A DNA stretch of 64,000 nucleotides. Source: Candidatus Omnitrophota bacterium. Its GTDB lineage: Bacteria; Omnitrophota; Gorgyraeia; Gygaellales; Profunditerraquicolaceae. The stretch spans positions 158,855 through 222,854 of the forward strand of contig JBAZJY010000002.1 of the NCBI GenBank assembly GCA_041651115.1, in the 5' to 3' direction. This document shows positions 1 through 10,404 of the stretch, piece by piece (the first letter of the stretch is position 1; every line of letters begins with the position of its first letter). Below the pieces are notes generated by a model. That model saw nothing but the letters and a program-made list of their open reading frames with translations. It had not been told where the DNA came from and did not search any database. A program made the position numbers and the translations under genes.

Positions 1-413
1 ATAAGATATTCCCGGGCAAGCGGATCAAGGTCTGGAGCGGGCCATTAAGCGTGGTAGTGGATAAATCACAGAATATCCTGATGTTAAAAAGCGACGATGA
101 GATCATCAAGACATACGTTGTTTCCACCGGCGCAAATAATTCCACTCCCGCGGGAAATTTTAAGGTAGTAAATAAGATCCAGAACCCCACATGGTTTAAA
201 GCAGGCGCTGTCGTGCCTCCGGAAAGCCCGGATAATGTCCTCGGCACGCGCTGGCTGGGTTTTGATCTGCCCGGCTACGGCATCCACGGCACGATCGAAC
301 CGCAGAACCTGGGAAAACAGGTTACCCAAGGCTGCGTGCGCATGGCCAACACCGAAGTAGAAGAGCTTTATACCATCCTTCCTATAGGCACGGAAGTAAC
401 CATCGTAGATTAA
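1..413 (+). CDS. L,D-transpeptidase (YkuD domain), 5' end truncated by window start
   Basis: Reading frame is open back to nt 3 ([21 protein letters not shown]...). It has the catalytic HGT...GCVRM motif typical of YkuD L,D-transpeptidases. Confidence 0.75.
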   Translation, partial: KIFPGKRIKVWSGPLSVVVDKSQNILMLKSDDEIIKTYVVSTGANNSTPAGNFKVVNKIQNPTWFKAGAVVPPESPDNVLGTRWLGFDLPGYGIHGTIEPQNLGKQVTQGCVRMANTEVEELYTILPIGTEVTIVD

Positions 414-414
414 T

Positions 415-1362
415 ATGCACAGGCTGGATTTTGAAAAACCGGTTATTGAACTGGAAAAAAAGATTGAAGAGCTCAGGGGCCTTGTCTCCGGGAATAAAAT
501 GGATTTTTCCTCGGAGATAAAAAAGCTGGAAGAAAAGCTGGAGCGGCTGAAAAAAGAGACCTACGGCAATCTCAGCGCCTGGCAAAAGGTGCAGATCGCC
601 CGCCATCCCCAACGGCCGTATACCCTGGACTACATTAATATGATGATGACCGATTTTATCCAGCTGCACGGCGACCGGATATTTTCCGATGATAAGGCGA
701 TTATTACCGGCCTTGCCAAGCTTGATAACCAGAAGGTCGCGGTGATCGGCCATCAAAAAGGCAGGGATACTAAAGAGAACCTGCAGCGTAATTTTGGCTG
801 CGCGCACCCGGAAGGGTATCGTAAGGCCTTAAGAATAATGCAACTGGCAGAAACGAGCAATTTGCCGGTAATAATTTTTATTGATACTCCCGGGGCTTAT
901 CCGGGCATCGGCGCCGAGGAGCGCGGACAGGCGCAGGCAATCGCGCTTAACTTGCGGGAAATGGCCTGCATCCAGACGCCGATCATCAGCACGGTCATCG
1001 GGGAAGGCGGATCAGGCGGAGCGCTGGGCATCGGGGTCGCAGACAAAGTGCTGGTGCTTGAGAATGCCTATTATTCGGTGATTTCTCCCGAGGGGTGTGC
1101 AGCGATATTATGGAAGAGCGGTTCCCGCGCCCCGGACGCGGCAGAGGTATTAAAGCTTACCGGCGAAGATCTTTTGAAGATGGGGATTATCGACGAAGTT
1201 GTGCCTGAGCCGTTGGGCGGCGCGCACCGCCAGCCGCAAAAAATGGCAGAGACCTTGAAGGAAACCTTGCTCAAACACTTGAAGGTATTAAAGGCCCAAA
1301 ATAAAGATAAACTTATCGAAGCAAGGTATGAGAAATTCCGCAGCATAGGCAGCTTAGGATGA
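415..1362 (+). CDS. accA: acetyl-CoA carboxylase carboxyltransferase alpha subunit
   Basis: 315 aa. N-terminal [17 protein letters not shown] matches AccA, and the carboxyltransferase GGSGGAL glycine loop and overall length fit. Confidence 0.9.
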   Translation: MHRLDFEKPVIELEKKIEELRGLVSGNKMDFSSEIKKLEEKLERLKKETYGNLSAWQKVQIARHPQRPYTLDYINMMMTDFIQLHGDRIFSDDKAIITGLAKLDNQKVAVIGHQKGRDTKENLQRNFGCAHPEGYRKALRIMQLAETSNLPVIIFIDTPGAYPGIGAEERGQAQAIALNLREMACIQTPIISTVIGEGGSGGALGIGVADKVLVLENAYYSVISPEGCAAILWKSGSRAPDAAEVLKLTGEDLLKMGIIDEVVPEPLGGAHRQPQKMAETLKETLLKHLKVLKAQNKDKLIEARYEKFRSIGSLG

Positions 1363-1874
1363 TCGAACACGAACTGATCTTACTGGGGTTGTTAAAAGAA
1401 AGCCCGAAGCATGGCTACGAAATAAAGAAAAAGATCAGGGAAATATTATCTTTTTTCGCCGGGCTGGACCTGAAGTCGGTTTATTACCCGCTTGCGGTTA
1501 TGGAGAACAAGGGGCTGGTGGTAAAGCACGCTGACCAGCAGGGCAAGCGGCCCCAGCGGTTTATCTACGCGTTAACTCCCAAGGGCAAGCTGCGCTTCAA
1601 AGAACTTTTGACAAAGAGCTTCCTCGATTTTAAGCGGCCGCAGTTTTGTCTGGACTCAAGCCTTTATTTCCTGAATGAGCTGCCTGCGGAGGCGGTAAAG
1701 CGCCGGCTGCGCGGCCGTATGCAGATCCTCAAAAAAATCAGCCGCTCGCTTAAACTGCAATCCCGCGCCTTTAAGCTGAAAGGGCCGGTCCCGCTGAACA
1801 AGATCCTCGATCATAACCTCCAGATGCTGGAAGCAGAATCAAAATTCCTCGCCGGACTGATCAAAACGATATAA
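1359..1874 (+). CDS. PadR family transcriptional regulator
   Basis: N-terminal winged helix [21 protein letters not shown]...[13 protein letters not shown] is characteristic of PadR. It overlaps the accA stop by 4 nt. Confidence 0.75.
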   Translation: MIEHELILLGLLKESPKHGYEIKKKIREILSFFAGLDLKSVYYPLAVMENKGLVVKHADQQGKRPQRFIYALTPKGKLRFKELLTKSFLDFKRPQFCLDSSLYFLNELPAEAVKRRLRGRMQILKKISRSLKLQSRAFKLKGPVPLNKILDHNLQMLEAESKFLAGLIKTI

Positions 1875-1898
1875 AAACGTCCCCCCTTCATTTTTTGC

Positions 1899-1926
1899 TT
1901 GACATTTCCCAAATATGTCTTATACT
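1899..1926 (+). promoter_or_regulatory. sigma70-like promoter (TTGACA-16nt-TATACT) upstream of the marR/efflux operon
   Basis: TTGACA lies at 1899-1904 and TATACT at 1921-1926 with a 16-nt spacer. A TTAATA..TTAATAA repeat follows, and the region sits in a 79-nt intergenic gap. Confidence 0.55.
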
Positions 1927-1962
1927 CTTGATAGTTAATATACTTAATAATCAGTGAGGTTA

Positions 1963-2436
1963 ATGATGACGCAGCTTTCCATAGCCCAGTTTACCGATAA
2001 GCTGGCAGAGATCATGCCGGTGGTAATGAAGGAATTTGGCCGGCGAATAATCGATGGCCTGGAGAATAAGGTTACCCTGCCGCAGGTGCTGATCCTTGAA
2101 TTTTTAGAGAGGCAACAGGAATCCAAAATGAAGGACCTTGCCGGGTTTATGGGCGTCAGCACTGCCGCCTCTACCGGGATTGTTGACCGGTTGGTAAAAT
2201 GCGGCTATGTTGTCAGGGCATTTGACCCGGAAGACCGGCGCGTGATCAAGATAAGGCTTACGCCTAAAGGCTTTGGACTCTTAAAACAGATCAACCTGCA
2301 AAAGCACCGGATGGTCATGGGGGTATTCGGAAAAGTTTCCGAAGAAGACCGCCGCGATTATTTAAGGATCCTCACCCAAATCAAGGATATTCTGCTTAGT
2401 AACGGCAATCATCAGGAAAAAGGCAGCCATGTATAG
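1963..2436 (+). CDS. MarR family transcriptional regulator
   Basis: The wHTH LPQVLILEFL...MKDLAGFMGVSTAASTGIVDRLVKCGYV...DRRVIKIRLTPKG is a MarR signature. ATG at 1963 is chosen over the upstream GTG because GTGAGG serves as the RBS. Confidence 0.8.
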   Translation: MMTQLSIAQFTDKLAEIMPVVMKEFGRRIIDGLENKVTLPQVLILEFLERQQESKMKDLAGFMGVSTAASTGIVDRLVKCGYVVRAFDPEDRRVIKIRLTPKGFGLLKQINLQKHRMVMGVFGKVSEEDRRDYLRILTQIKDILLSNGNHQEKGSHV

Positions 2437-3997
2437 GGTTTTTCTAACCGTTTTCTTATTTAATCTTATATTTTTAGGTAACGTCTGTCCACTCAGCGCA
2501 AAAGAAAATAAATCGGGGGATGAGGAGAGGCAGCTTGAGATCGAAAAGGCAATTTTCCTTGCTTCCAGCAGCCAGAGCCGGGTCTTGAGGATCGGCCTGG
2601 TCGACTGCCTGCTTTATGCTCTGAAGAATAATCATGATATATTGATCAAACAAGTTGATCCGCAACTAAAGGCTGACGACGTAAAGATTGCGCAAGCAGA
2701 TTTTGAGCCGCAGTTCACCGTCGATCTCAACGTGCATGAATCTACCGAGCTCGCCTCATCAGCCCTGCAGGGAGCGAATGTCTACACCACGCATGAGATA
2801 GATTTAAATTCCGGAGTATCGGGGAAATTGCCTACCGGCACAAAATACAGCGTTGATTATTATAATCAAAGGTACAAGAGTGATTCTATCTATGACATCT
2901 TTAATCCTGCTTATACCGTAGAGCCGACGATCACTATTACTCAGCCGCTTTTTAAAGGTTTCGGAATAGCCGTTAATAAGGCAGATATCACCATCGCCAG
3001 GAACAATAAAGTGATATCGGAAAAATCTTTTAAGGACACGGCGATAAATACCGTCAGCAAGGCAAAGGCGGCGTATTATAATTACGTTTTTTCTTTGGAA
3101 ACTTATTCCTTGGATAAACTTTCTCTTGAACGCACTGTTGACTTGTTGGAAATAGATAAGGCCAGGTACGAGAAAGGCATGGTAAGTTCGGTCGGCCTGT
3201 TAGAAACCGAAGCCGCAGTCGCGCAAAAGGAGAAAACCCTGCTTGCCGCGGAAGCCGCAGTCAAAAAATCCGAAGATGAATTAAAACTGGTAACTAACCT
3301 GGTAAGTGACCCGGAGATCTGGAACGCGAAAGTAGAATTGATCGATAAACTCCAAATGCGACAGGAAGAAGCCGATCTCCTGCAGTCGTTGAAAAACGCG
3401 TTTTCTTTCCGGCCGGATTATCAGTCTATGTGCATTGACCTGAAAAGCCGCGATGTTAAAATTATGGTTGCAAAAAACTCCCTGCTTCCTACAATAGACT
3501 TAAGCGGAAGCTTTGGCATGAACGGGCTGGGTAAAGATTATAACAACGCCCTGCAGAAGACTAACATCAATTATCCTGACTGGAGCGCCGGGGTTAATGT
3601 CACTATTCCCTGGGGCGGGGCAGACCGCGCAAAATACGATCAGCGTAAGCTGGAAAAAGCGCAGGCATTAATCGCGCTTAAAAAACTGGAACAAGAGATT
3701 ATCCTGGATATAAGAGATAAGGTAAGAGAGGTAAACGTGCGTTTCCGGCAGGAGCAAGCGGCAAGGATCTCCCTGGACAAAGAAACCCAGAATTACGCAG
3801 CGCAGAAAGAACGCTATGCCGCAGGCCAGGTTTCTACGCATGATATGCTGGATTATCAGGATAAACTATCGCAGGCAGAACTCGACCACGTCAGGGCAGT
3901 GGTTGATTATAATCTGGCGTTGATCAACCTGGACAGATCGCAGGGTTTGACCCTGGTGAAAAATAACGTTAAATTAGATGAATCATTAAAGGAGTAG
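2429..3997 (+). CDS. TolC-family outer membrane efflux protein
   Basis: 522 aa with signal peptide, two repeated coiled-coil/beta halves and OEP-family composition. It is followed by MFP and RND genes. Confidence 0.8.
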   Translation: MYRVFLTVFLFNLIFLGNVCPLSAKENKSGDEERQLEIEKAIFLASSSQSRVLRIGLVDCLLYALKNNHDILIKQVDPQLKADDVKIAQADFEPQFTVDLNVHESTELASSALQGANVYTTHEIDLNSGVSGKLPTGTKYSVDYYNQRYKSDSIYDIFNPAYTVEPTITITQPLFKGFGIAVNKADITIARNNKVISEKSFKDTAINTVSKAKAAYYNYVFSLETYSLDKLSLERTVDLLEIDKARYEKGMVSSVGLLETEAAVAQKEKTLLAAEAAVKKSEDELKLVTNLVSDPEIWNAKVELIDKLQMRQEEADLLQSLKNAFSFRPDYQSMCIDLKSRDVKIMVAKNSLLPTIDLSGSFGMNGLGKDYNNALQKTNINYPDWSAGVNVTIPWGGADRAKYDQRKLEKAQALIALKKLEQEIILDIRDKVREVNVRFRQEQAARISLDKETQNYAAQKERYAAGQVSTHDMLDYQDKLSQAELDHVRAVVDYNLALINLDRSQGLTLVKNNVKLDESLKE

Positions 3998-4000
3998 GCA

Positions 4001-4891
4001 ATGAATGTGAAAACAAAAACGGCCTTATATATTTTTCTGCTGCTTTCGCTATGCGTATCTGCCGGATGCACAAAGGCAAAGAGCGCAGCGGTAGAAAAAG
4101 AAGTGATCCCGGTTAAAGGGATACGCGTTGAATTCCGCGACCTGGATGAAGCAATCGACTATGTCGGTAATATCAAGGCGCAGGATGAGGCAATGGTTTA
4201 TCCGAAGGTCAGCGGTAAGATCATTGAGAAAGTCAGGGAAGACGGCAGCTTTGTAGTTAAAGGCGAAGTGATCGCTTATATTGACCGCGATGAAGTAGGT
4301 TTTAAGTTTGAGAAGGCACCGGTAGAAAGCCCGCTAAGCGGCGTTATCGGCAGAGTTGCCATGGATATAGGTTCGCAGGTTACTCCGCAGACAGCGATCG
4401 CGCTGGTTGTAGATATGAGCAAGGTCAAGATAGACCTGGATATTCCGGAAAAATATCTTTCCCGGATATCTTTGGGGCAGGACGCCACGATTTCCGTAGA
4501 TGCGTACCCGCAAGAAAAATTTTCCGGTAAAGTTTCTAAGATCAGCCCGGTTGTGGACCTTTCTACGCGCACGGCGCCGATCGAAATAACCGTAGATAAC
4601 CCCAAGCAGCAGTTAAAATCCGGGATGTTCGCCAGGGTAAGCCTGATCCTTGAGCATAGAAAAGATGTGCCTGTGATCTTAAAAGAGGCGATCATGGGTA
4701 AAGAACCGAGCCTTTATGTATATACTATTGAGGATAACCGCGCAATGCTCAAAAAAATCAAATTAGGCATACGCCAAGGCCCTTATTTTGAAGTAAAAGA
4801 AGGGTTAAAAGAAGGCGATACGGTAGTGACCATGGGCCAGCAAAAGCTTTATGAAAACGCAGCCGTGGCCGTAGAAACGGAAAAACAATGA
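4001..4891 (+). CDS. efflux RND transporter periplasmic adaptor subunit (MFP/HlyD family)
   Basis: Lipoprotein-like signal (LSLCVSAGC), biotinyl-lipoyl-like and beta-barrel segments typical of AcrA/MFP. Its position between TolC and RND genes supports the call. Confidence 0.8.
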   Translation: MNVKTKTALYIFLLLSLCVSAGCTKAKSAAVEKEVIPVKGIRVEFRDLDEAIDYVGNIKAQDEAMVYPKVSGKIIEKVREDGSFVVKGEVIAYIDRDEVGFKFEKAPVESPLSGVIGRVAMDIGSQVTPQTAIALVVDMSKVKIDLDIPEKYLSRISLGQDATISVDAYPQEKFSGKVSKISPVVDLSTRTAPIEITVDNPKQQLKSGMFARVSLILEHRKDVPVILKEAIMGKEPSLYVYTIEDNRAMLKKIKLGIRQGPYFEVKEGLKEGDTVVTMGQQKLYENAAVAVETEKQ

Positions 4892-7800
4892 ACCTTCCTG
4901 AATTCGGGGTAAAAAAACCGGTCACTAACTTAATGATCTTTTTGGCGATCATTATCCTTGCCGCCTACAGCATGACGCGCATCGGCATAGATATGATGCC
5001 TGAGATCGAACCGCCTGCGATCTCCGTGATTTCCACATATCCGGGAGCCAGCCCGGAAGACGTAGAGATCAAGGTTACCGAAGAGCTGGAAAACCAGCTT
5101 GCCACGACACCCGGCCTTGAGAAGCTGACTTCGGTTTCTTACGAAGGGGCATCATTAATCACTTTGAAATTCCTCTGGGGTACAAACCTGGATGAGGCTT
5201 CCAATGATATCCGCGACCGCATTGAATTGGCAAAGCGTTTCCTTCCCGACATACCCGATGAAATGGAGAATCCGTTCATTTTTAAATTCAATACGGCAAA
5301 TATTCCGATCATCTACTTAGGTATTACTGCAAAACAGTCTTATGCCGAGCTCTATGATATGGTGGACAAAAAAATCGGTGATGTGCTTCGTCAACTCCCG
5401 GGAGTAGGCACGGTGCAGATACAAGGCGGCGGCCTGGAGCGCCAGATCAATGTCTGGATCGATCGCCAGCAACTGGAGGGTTATGGATTTCCCATCCTTG
5501 ATATCAGCAACGCCCTGAAACGGGAAAATGTTACCCAGCCGGTAGGCAACCTGAAAACCGGGCTTACGGATTATCTCATCCGCCTGCCGGGTGAATTTGC
5601 CAATCCCGATGAAATAAACTTAGTGATCCTCGGTAAACGTAACGGGAATTTGGTTTATTTAAAAGATGTGGCGCGCATCGAGGATAGCTTCAAGGAAGAG
5701 ACCACGCGCGTACGCATCAACCAGGAGCCGGGCTTGATGTTGATGATCCAGAAACAAAGCGGTACCAATACCGTGGAAGTATCCGGCCGGGTAAAGGAAA
5801 AACTCAAAGAGTTAGAGAAGGTCATGCCTTCCGACGTGCGGCTGAATCTTATCTTTGATACCTCAAAAGACATCATTGATTCGGTAAATTCCTTGAAATC
5901 TTCGCTGTGGCTGGCGATCATCATGGTTATTGTCGTAGTCTGGTTCTTCCTGCGCCAGTTTGCGCCCAGCATGATCATTGCCCTGACCATTCCTTTTTCA
6001 CTCTTGATCAGCTTTATCTATCTTTTTTTAAGCGGCAAAACGATCAATACGATCAGCCTTTCTTCCATCGCCATTGCCACGGGCATGGTCGTGGATAACG
6101 CGATCGTTGTTGTGGATAATATAGTCAGGCGCTTTGAGCGGGGCAGCCGGCTGCAGGAAGCGGCGATCTTCGGTACTTCGGAAATGTTCCTTTCTATTGC
6201 CGCTTCTACAATGACCACAATAGTGGTCTTTATGCCGATGTTGTTCATCCCCGGTGTAGTCGGGATCATGTTCGGCGAGCTGGCGATCATCGTTATCGTT
6301 ACACTATTGGCGTCGCTTTTTACGGCCGCGACTTTTAGCCCGATGCTTTGCTCAAAATGGCTAAGGCCAAGCGCCAGTGGTAAAAACGGCAAAGCAAAGC
6401 TATTTTCCCAATTTTACGCGCTCTCCGAAAAATGGTTTATTAGCCTGGAGAGTTTCTATAGCCGCTGCCTGGGCCGGGCATTGCGGCATAAAAAAATAGT
6501 TGTCTTTGGTTTTTTTGCCGCATTTATTTTTAGCCTGCTTTTGGTTCCGCTGGTGGGAAATGAATTTATCCCCGAGGAAGATTCCGGCGACGTACGCATG
6601 ACCGTTTTTCTTCCGATCGGCACGCGCATGGAAGAGTCCGATAAGGTGGCGCAGAGGATAGAAGGGCTATTTAAAAGCAATGTCCCGGAAGCGCGGTTTT
6701 ATTATGCCCGAAGCGGTCAGATCACCGGCATGGGCAGGGTAATGGGTAATGCATCGGGTACACATATTATTTCTGCCGGGGTGAAGCTCGTGCCTAAGCA
6801 GCAAAGAAAGCGCTCGGTAGATGATGTGGCGCAGATGCTTAGAGGCAAGATAAAAAATATACCCGGAGTCTTAAAAACCGATATCGGTACCGGTAATCCT
6901 TTAAATCGCCTGATCACCGGAGCAGGCGGCAAGACCGTACAATTGGAGATCATCGGCCATTCCTTTGAGGAGACAGATGTTTTAGCTGAAAAGATCAAGG
7001 CTATCCTTGAAAAAATACCCGGCGCTGTAGATGTCAGCGTATCAAGAGAGGCTAACCGGCCGGAATTAAAGATTGAAGTTGACCGGCAAAAAGCCGCTAG
7101 CTTGGGTTTGGATATGAAGACCATTGCCGATTCCCTTAATATGTTCATCCAGGGCAGCTCGGCGACAAAATACCGCGAAAAGGGCGAAACTTACGATATA
7201 TATGTCCGGCTGGAAGAAAGCTCGCGCGCCACGCTGGAAGATATTGATAACCTTGCGGTCACCGCGCCGCTTCCGGAAGAAAGATCGTCATTCGCGGGGC
7301 TTGAGAACCTGGCTTCTTTAAAAGGAGTTTCCCGCAAGGCGATCAAGCTTTCCAATATCGCTAAAATTTACGAAACGGCAGTCCCGGAAAGCATTGAACG
7401 TAAGAATCGCGAAAGGGTGGTGCGCGTAGAATGTAATGCATTTAAGCGTTCATCGGGAAAGATCGTTGAGGATTTAAAACGGGAGTTGGATAAGATCGCC
7501 CTGCCGCAGGATATCCAGCTCGCTTTTGGCGGCACGGCAGAAGAGCAGACAAAGGCGTTTAAAGACTTGACCCTGCTTTTATTATTGGGCATTTCTCTTG
7601 TTTATATGGTTATGGCTGCGCAGTTTGAATCTTTTCTTGACCCGTTTATCGTTATGTTTGCTATTCCTTTTACTTTTATCGGCGTTGTCCTGGGTTTTAT
7701 CTTGACCGGAACGACTTTAAGCGTGATCACGTTCCTCGGCATAGTTATGCTGATGGGGATTGTCGTTAATAATGCTATTGTTTTGATCAGTTACATCAGC

Positions 7801-8079
7801 ATATTGCGCCAGCGCGGGCTATCAATGTTTGATGCGGTAACTGCCGGAGGCAGGGATAGGCTGCGTCCGGTTTTAATGACTACGATCACTACTCTTGCCG
7901 GCCTTTTACCTTTGGCGCTTTCGCGCGGCGAAGGCTCGGAGATCTGGCAGCCGCTGGGCATTACTATGATCGGCGGATTAAGCGTCTCTACTTTAATTAC
8001 TATGTTTTTTGTTCCCACGCTTTATGCGATATTCCATAAGAAGACGCAAATTGCGGCTGCAGGAGGGCCGGTAAAATGA
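4888..8079 (+). CDS. efflux RND transporter permease subunit (AcrB/HAE family)
   Basis: 1063 aa with 12 TM segments and two large periplasmic loops. Conserved RND segments such as GMVVDNAIVVVDNI and IVVNNAIVLI are present. Confidence 0.9.
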   Translation: MNLPEFGVKKPVTNLMIFLAIIILAAYSMTRIGIDMMPEIEPPAISVISTYPGASPEDVEIKVTEELENQLATTPGLEKLTSVSYEGASLITLKFLWGTNLDEASNDIRDRIELAKRFLPDIPDEMENPFIFKFNTANIPIIYLGITAKQSYAELYDMVDKKIGDVLRQLPGVGTVQIQGGGLERQINVWIDRQQLEGYGFPILDISNALKRENVTQPVGNLKTGLTDYLIRLPGEFANPDEINLVILGKRNGNLVYLKDVARIEDSFKEETTRVRINQEPGLMLMIQKQSGTNTVEVSGRVKEKLKELEKVMPSDVRLNLIFDTSKDIIDSVNSLKSSLWLAIIMVIVVVWFFLRQFAPSMIIALTIPFSLLISFIYLFLSGKTINTISLSSIAIATGMVVDNAIVVVDNIVRRFERGSRLQEAAIFGTSEMFLSIAASTMTTIVVFMPMLFIPGVVGIMFGELAIIVIVTLLASLFTAATFSPMLCSKWLRPSASGKNGKAKLFSQFYALSEKWFISLESFYSRCLGRALRHKKIVVFGFFAAFIFSLLLVPLVGNEFIPEEDSGDVRMTVFLPIGTRMEESDKVAQRIEGLFKSNVPEARFYYARSGQITGMGRVMGNASGTHIISAGVKLVPKQQRKRSVDDVAQMLRGKIKNIPGVLKTDIGTGNPLNRLITGAGGKTVQLEIIGHSFEETDVLAEKIKAILEKIPGAVDVSVSREANRPELKIEVDRQKAASLGLDMKTIADSLNMFIQGSSATKYREKGETYDIYVRLEESSRATLEDIDNLAVTAPLPEERSSFAGLENLASLKGVSRKAIKLSNIAKIYETAVPESIERKNRERVVRVECNAFKRSSGKIVEDLKRELDKIALPQDIQLAFGGTAEEQTKAFKDLTLLLLLGISLVYMVMAAQFESFLDPFIVMFAIPFTFIGVVLGFILTGTTLSVITFLGIVMLMGIVVNNAIVLISYISILRQRGLSMFDAVTAGGRDRLRPVLMTTITTLAGLLPLALSRGEGSEIWQPLGITMIGGLSVSTLITMFFVPTLYAIFHKKTQIAAAGGPVK

Positions 8080-8372
8080 GTTTAAAAATGGCAATGGTTG
8101 TTTATAATGAGGCCCTGGATATGGAAGTTATGGAGGCTATGGATTCCTGCGGGTTAAAAAATTATACAAAGGTAATGGGTGTTTTTGGCCGGGGAGAAGC
8201 TTCCGGCAGCCATTTAGGCAATGATATCTGGCCCGGAAGGAATAACATCCTGTATATTGCCTGCGAAGACGCGCAGGCCAGGAAGCTTATTGAGGCGATT
8301 AAGCAGCTGAGAAAAAAGATCGGCCATGAAGGCGCAAAGGCCTTTATTCTGCCGGTAGAAGAGATCACCTAG
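8076..8372 (+). CDS. PII-like (GlnB-like fold) small protein associated with the RND operon
   Basis: 98 aa with a beta-alpha-beta-beta-alpha-beta pattern (MVVYNEALDMEVMEAMD...GVFGRGEASG). It overlaps the RND stop. Confidence 0.4.
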   Translation: MSLKMAMVVYNEALDMEVMEAMDSCGLKNYTKVMGVFGRGEASGSHLGNDIWPGRNNILYIACEDAQARKLIEAIKQLRKKIGHEGAKAFILPVEEIT

Positions 8373-8376
8373 GCTT

Positions 8377-9555
8377 ATGAAGATCGGGCTGGGCCAGCCG
8401 AGCCGCGCTTTCCCTGTTTTCATCTATTCCGCGATAATATTTTATTTTTTTATCTGCACTTTACATCTGATCTTACGCCGGCCGCCATGGCTGGACGAGA
8501 TATTCCTGATCAATAACCTCAAAGAGCTTTCTCCCGCAGGTATATTCGGGCCGCTGAAATATTCCCAGGGGTTTCCCCGTCTCTACTTATTCATTATCCA
8601 AAATTTAAGCCGGGCGTTTAATTACGGCGTAATATCGTTAAGGGCTCTGCCGTTCGTATTCATGATAACCGGTTTTGGCCTGTGGTTGGCTGCCTTTCGG
8701 AAACAGTATGGCAGGGGCGATGCGTATCTCTTGTTTATACTTTGCTGGTGCGGCTCGTGGTTTATGACTTATTACGCGGCGGAATTCAAGCAGTATTCCG
8801 CGGACGTGTTCGCGGCAGGGGCCTTTACTTATTTTATCCTGAAGCAGAAAGAATCCGTTTTATCAGGGGCTTTACGGCCGCGCCTTTTTTTACAATACTT
8901 ATTCCTGCCGGTGCTGCTTTTATTTTCTTACGCTGCCTATTTTTTTATCATCATTCCCGCGTATAATCTTTTATTGTCTTCCCTGCGCCAAAGGCGGAGT
9001 CTTTTCTATCTGGCGGCTTATCTGTTATCCATCGCGGCGTTTTCTTTCCTGTCCTATAATTATGACCTGAAATATACGCTTGCCGCGCCGGCGCTGCACG
9101 GATATTGGGAAAGCTATTTTATTTCTACGGCATCCCCGGCAGCTTTTATGGAAACTTTTTGGGAAGGCTTAAGGAATATCTTTGTGCGCTGGTTTGAGCA
9201 GGGGCCGCCGGTTACGTGGATAATGACCATATTTATGCCCTTTGCGCTGTATTATGCCTTCCGTTATGGGATAAAGCAGTTCAGGGCCGATAAATACCTG
9301 TGTGTATCGCTGGATAGTCTGACAATCGTTTTATTAGCCGGCCTGTTTTTTACCGGCCTGTTACGCGCTTTTCCTTTTACCGCGGGAAGGGTTACCTTAT
9401 TTATCGCGCCGTTTATTTTTTGCGCGATAATAAAAGGCGCAGAGATCTTTAAGGCAAAGTTTTGGGCAGGGTACGCTGTTTTGACTGCCGGGTTCGTATT
9501 TACCTTATTATCGGTGTCTATGCGGCTGGTGTCGCGCTATATGCCGTTGTATTAA
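8377..9555 (+). CDS. polytopic membrane protein, possible GT-C-fold glycosyltransferase
   Basis: 392 aa with about 10 TM helices. The first loop carries a RRPPWLDEIF motif resembling the DE motif of ArnT/PMT-type GT-C enzymes. Confidence 0.3.
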   Translation: MKIGLGQPSRAFPVFIYSAIIFYFFICTLHLILRRPPWLDEIFLINNLKELSPAGIFGPLKYSQGFPRLYLFIIQNLSRAFNYGVISLRALPFVFMITGFGLWLAAFRKQYGRGDAYLLFILCWCGSWFMTYYAAEFKQYSADVFAAGAFTYFILKQKESVLSGALRPRLFLQYLFLPVLLLFSYAAYFFIIIPAYNLLLSSLRQRRSLFYLAAYLLSIAAFSFLSYNYDLKYTLAAPALHGYWESYFISTASPAAFMETFWEGLRNIFVRWFEQGPPVTWIMTIFMPFALYYAFRYGIKQFRADKYLCVSLDSLTIVLLAGLFFTGLLRAFPFTAGRVTLFIAPFIFCAIIKGAEIFKAKFWAGYAVLTAGFVFTLLSVSMRLVSRYMPLY

Positions 9556-9562
9556 CAAATAC

Positions 9563-9590
9563 TTGCAAAAATAATTATCAGGGTTATAAT
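9563..9590 (+). promoter_or_regulatory. sigma70-like promoter (TTGCAA-16nt-TATAAT) upstream of the pilin-like gene
   Basis: TTGCAA lies at 9563-9568 and TATAAT at 9585-9590. A GGGAGGAGG RBS precedes the GTG start at 9652. Confidence 0.55.
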
Positions 9591-9651
9591 AGCATACAAG
9601 AAGCTTAATTAACTTTCCTTTAATGTTTTTTCAGTAGGGAGGAGGTGCAGA

Positions 9652-10071
9652 GTGAAAAAAGGTTTTACGCTCTTGGAATTGATCGTTGTTATTGTTATTC
9701 TCGGCATCCTGGCGACATTAGCCACTACACAATACACGAGGATGGTAGAGAAGTCACGCGGCGCAGAGGCAAGGATCATCATCGGTTCTATCCGTACAAA
9801 CCAGGCTGCGATCAGGCTGCAGAATGGATCTTGTACAAGCACAGCTGCGGACGTGGGCATCGCAGCCGGCTCAGACGCGCCATCGCCATGCACAATAACC
9901 CATTATTTTTCCTATAGCCTTGCCGGCGCATCGGGCAATTCATTTACTGCTGTGGCTACCAGGTGCACAGTTAATGGCAAGAACCCGAATGCCGCAACAG
10001 CCGGAACGATCAGCCTGGTTACTAATTTTGATACCGGTGCGGACAGCTGGACTTCGGCAAGCGCGTATTAA
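9652..10071 (+). CDS. type IV pilin / pseudopilin-like protein (prepilin N-terminal methylation domain)
   Basis: N-terminus MKKGFTLLELIVVIVILGILA is a class III signal peptide with the G/F cleavage motif and Glu at +5. The start codon is GTG with a strong RBS. Confidence 0.85.
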   Translation: MKKGFTLLELIVVIVILGILATLATTQYTRMVEKSRGAEARIIIGSIRTNQAAIRLQNGSCTSTAADVGIAAGSDAPSPCTITHYFSYSLAGASGNSFTAVATRCTVNGKNPNAATAGTISLVTNFDTGADSWTSASAY

Positions 10072-10116
10072 TTAGTATAGATAGCCAGGTTGAATTCAGT
10101 CCGAAAGGAGGCAATA

Positions 10117-10365
10117 ATGGATGAAATTGTCTTTGGTGACTTTATTAGATATACGAGTTTAGTAATCGGTATTTTTGGCGTTTTAGCCGGGGTCGACTTG
10201 GTCCTGGGGGCCAAGGTGATCATTTATCTTAAGGCTATATTGGACAAAGGGACTGATATTGTAGATAAAGCAATAGTCAGCGCGCACTCCAAAAGGATCT
10301 TTGGTTCCGTGATCCTTTTTCTTTCACTGGTCATATTGTTCTTAAGCAATAAGATCAGGATGTAA
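10117..10365 (+). CDS. small two-TM membrane protein (hypothetical)
   Basis: ATG at 10117 follows an AGGAGG RBS. The protein has two hydrophobic helices. Confidence 0.4.
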   Translation: MDEIVFGDFIRYTSLVIGIFGVLAGVDLVLGAKVIIYLKAILDKGTDIVDKAIVSAHSKRIFGSVILFLSLVILFLSNKIRM

Positions 10366-10404
10366 CCCGCGTTACCGGCTCCTCCGCAGCATCTGAAAAA
10401 CTTC

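Noticed and set aside
881-1370. Overlapping antisense/alternate-frame ORFs within accA (881-1081 +, 1071-1370 -), and similar nested ORFs throughout (e.g. 5655-5990, 6018-6392, 8682-8966, 11033-11551)
   Set aside because: They lie entirely inside well-supported conserved genes in other frames. Their translations are Arg/Ser-rich, which is typical of spurious ORFs.
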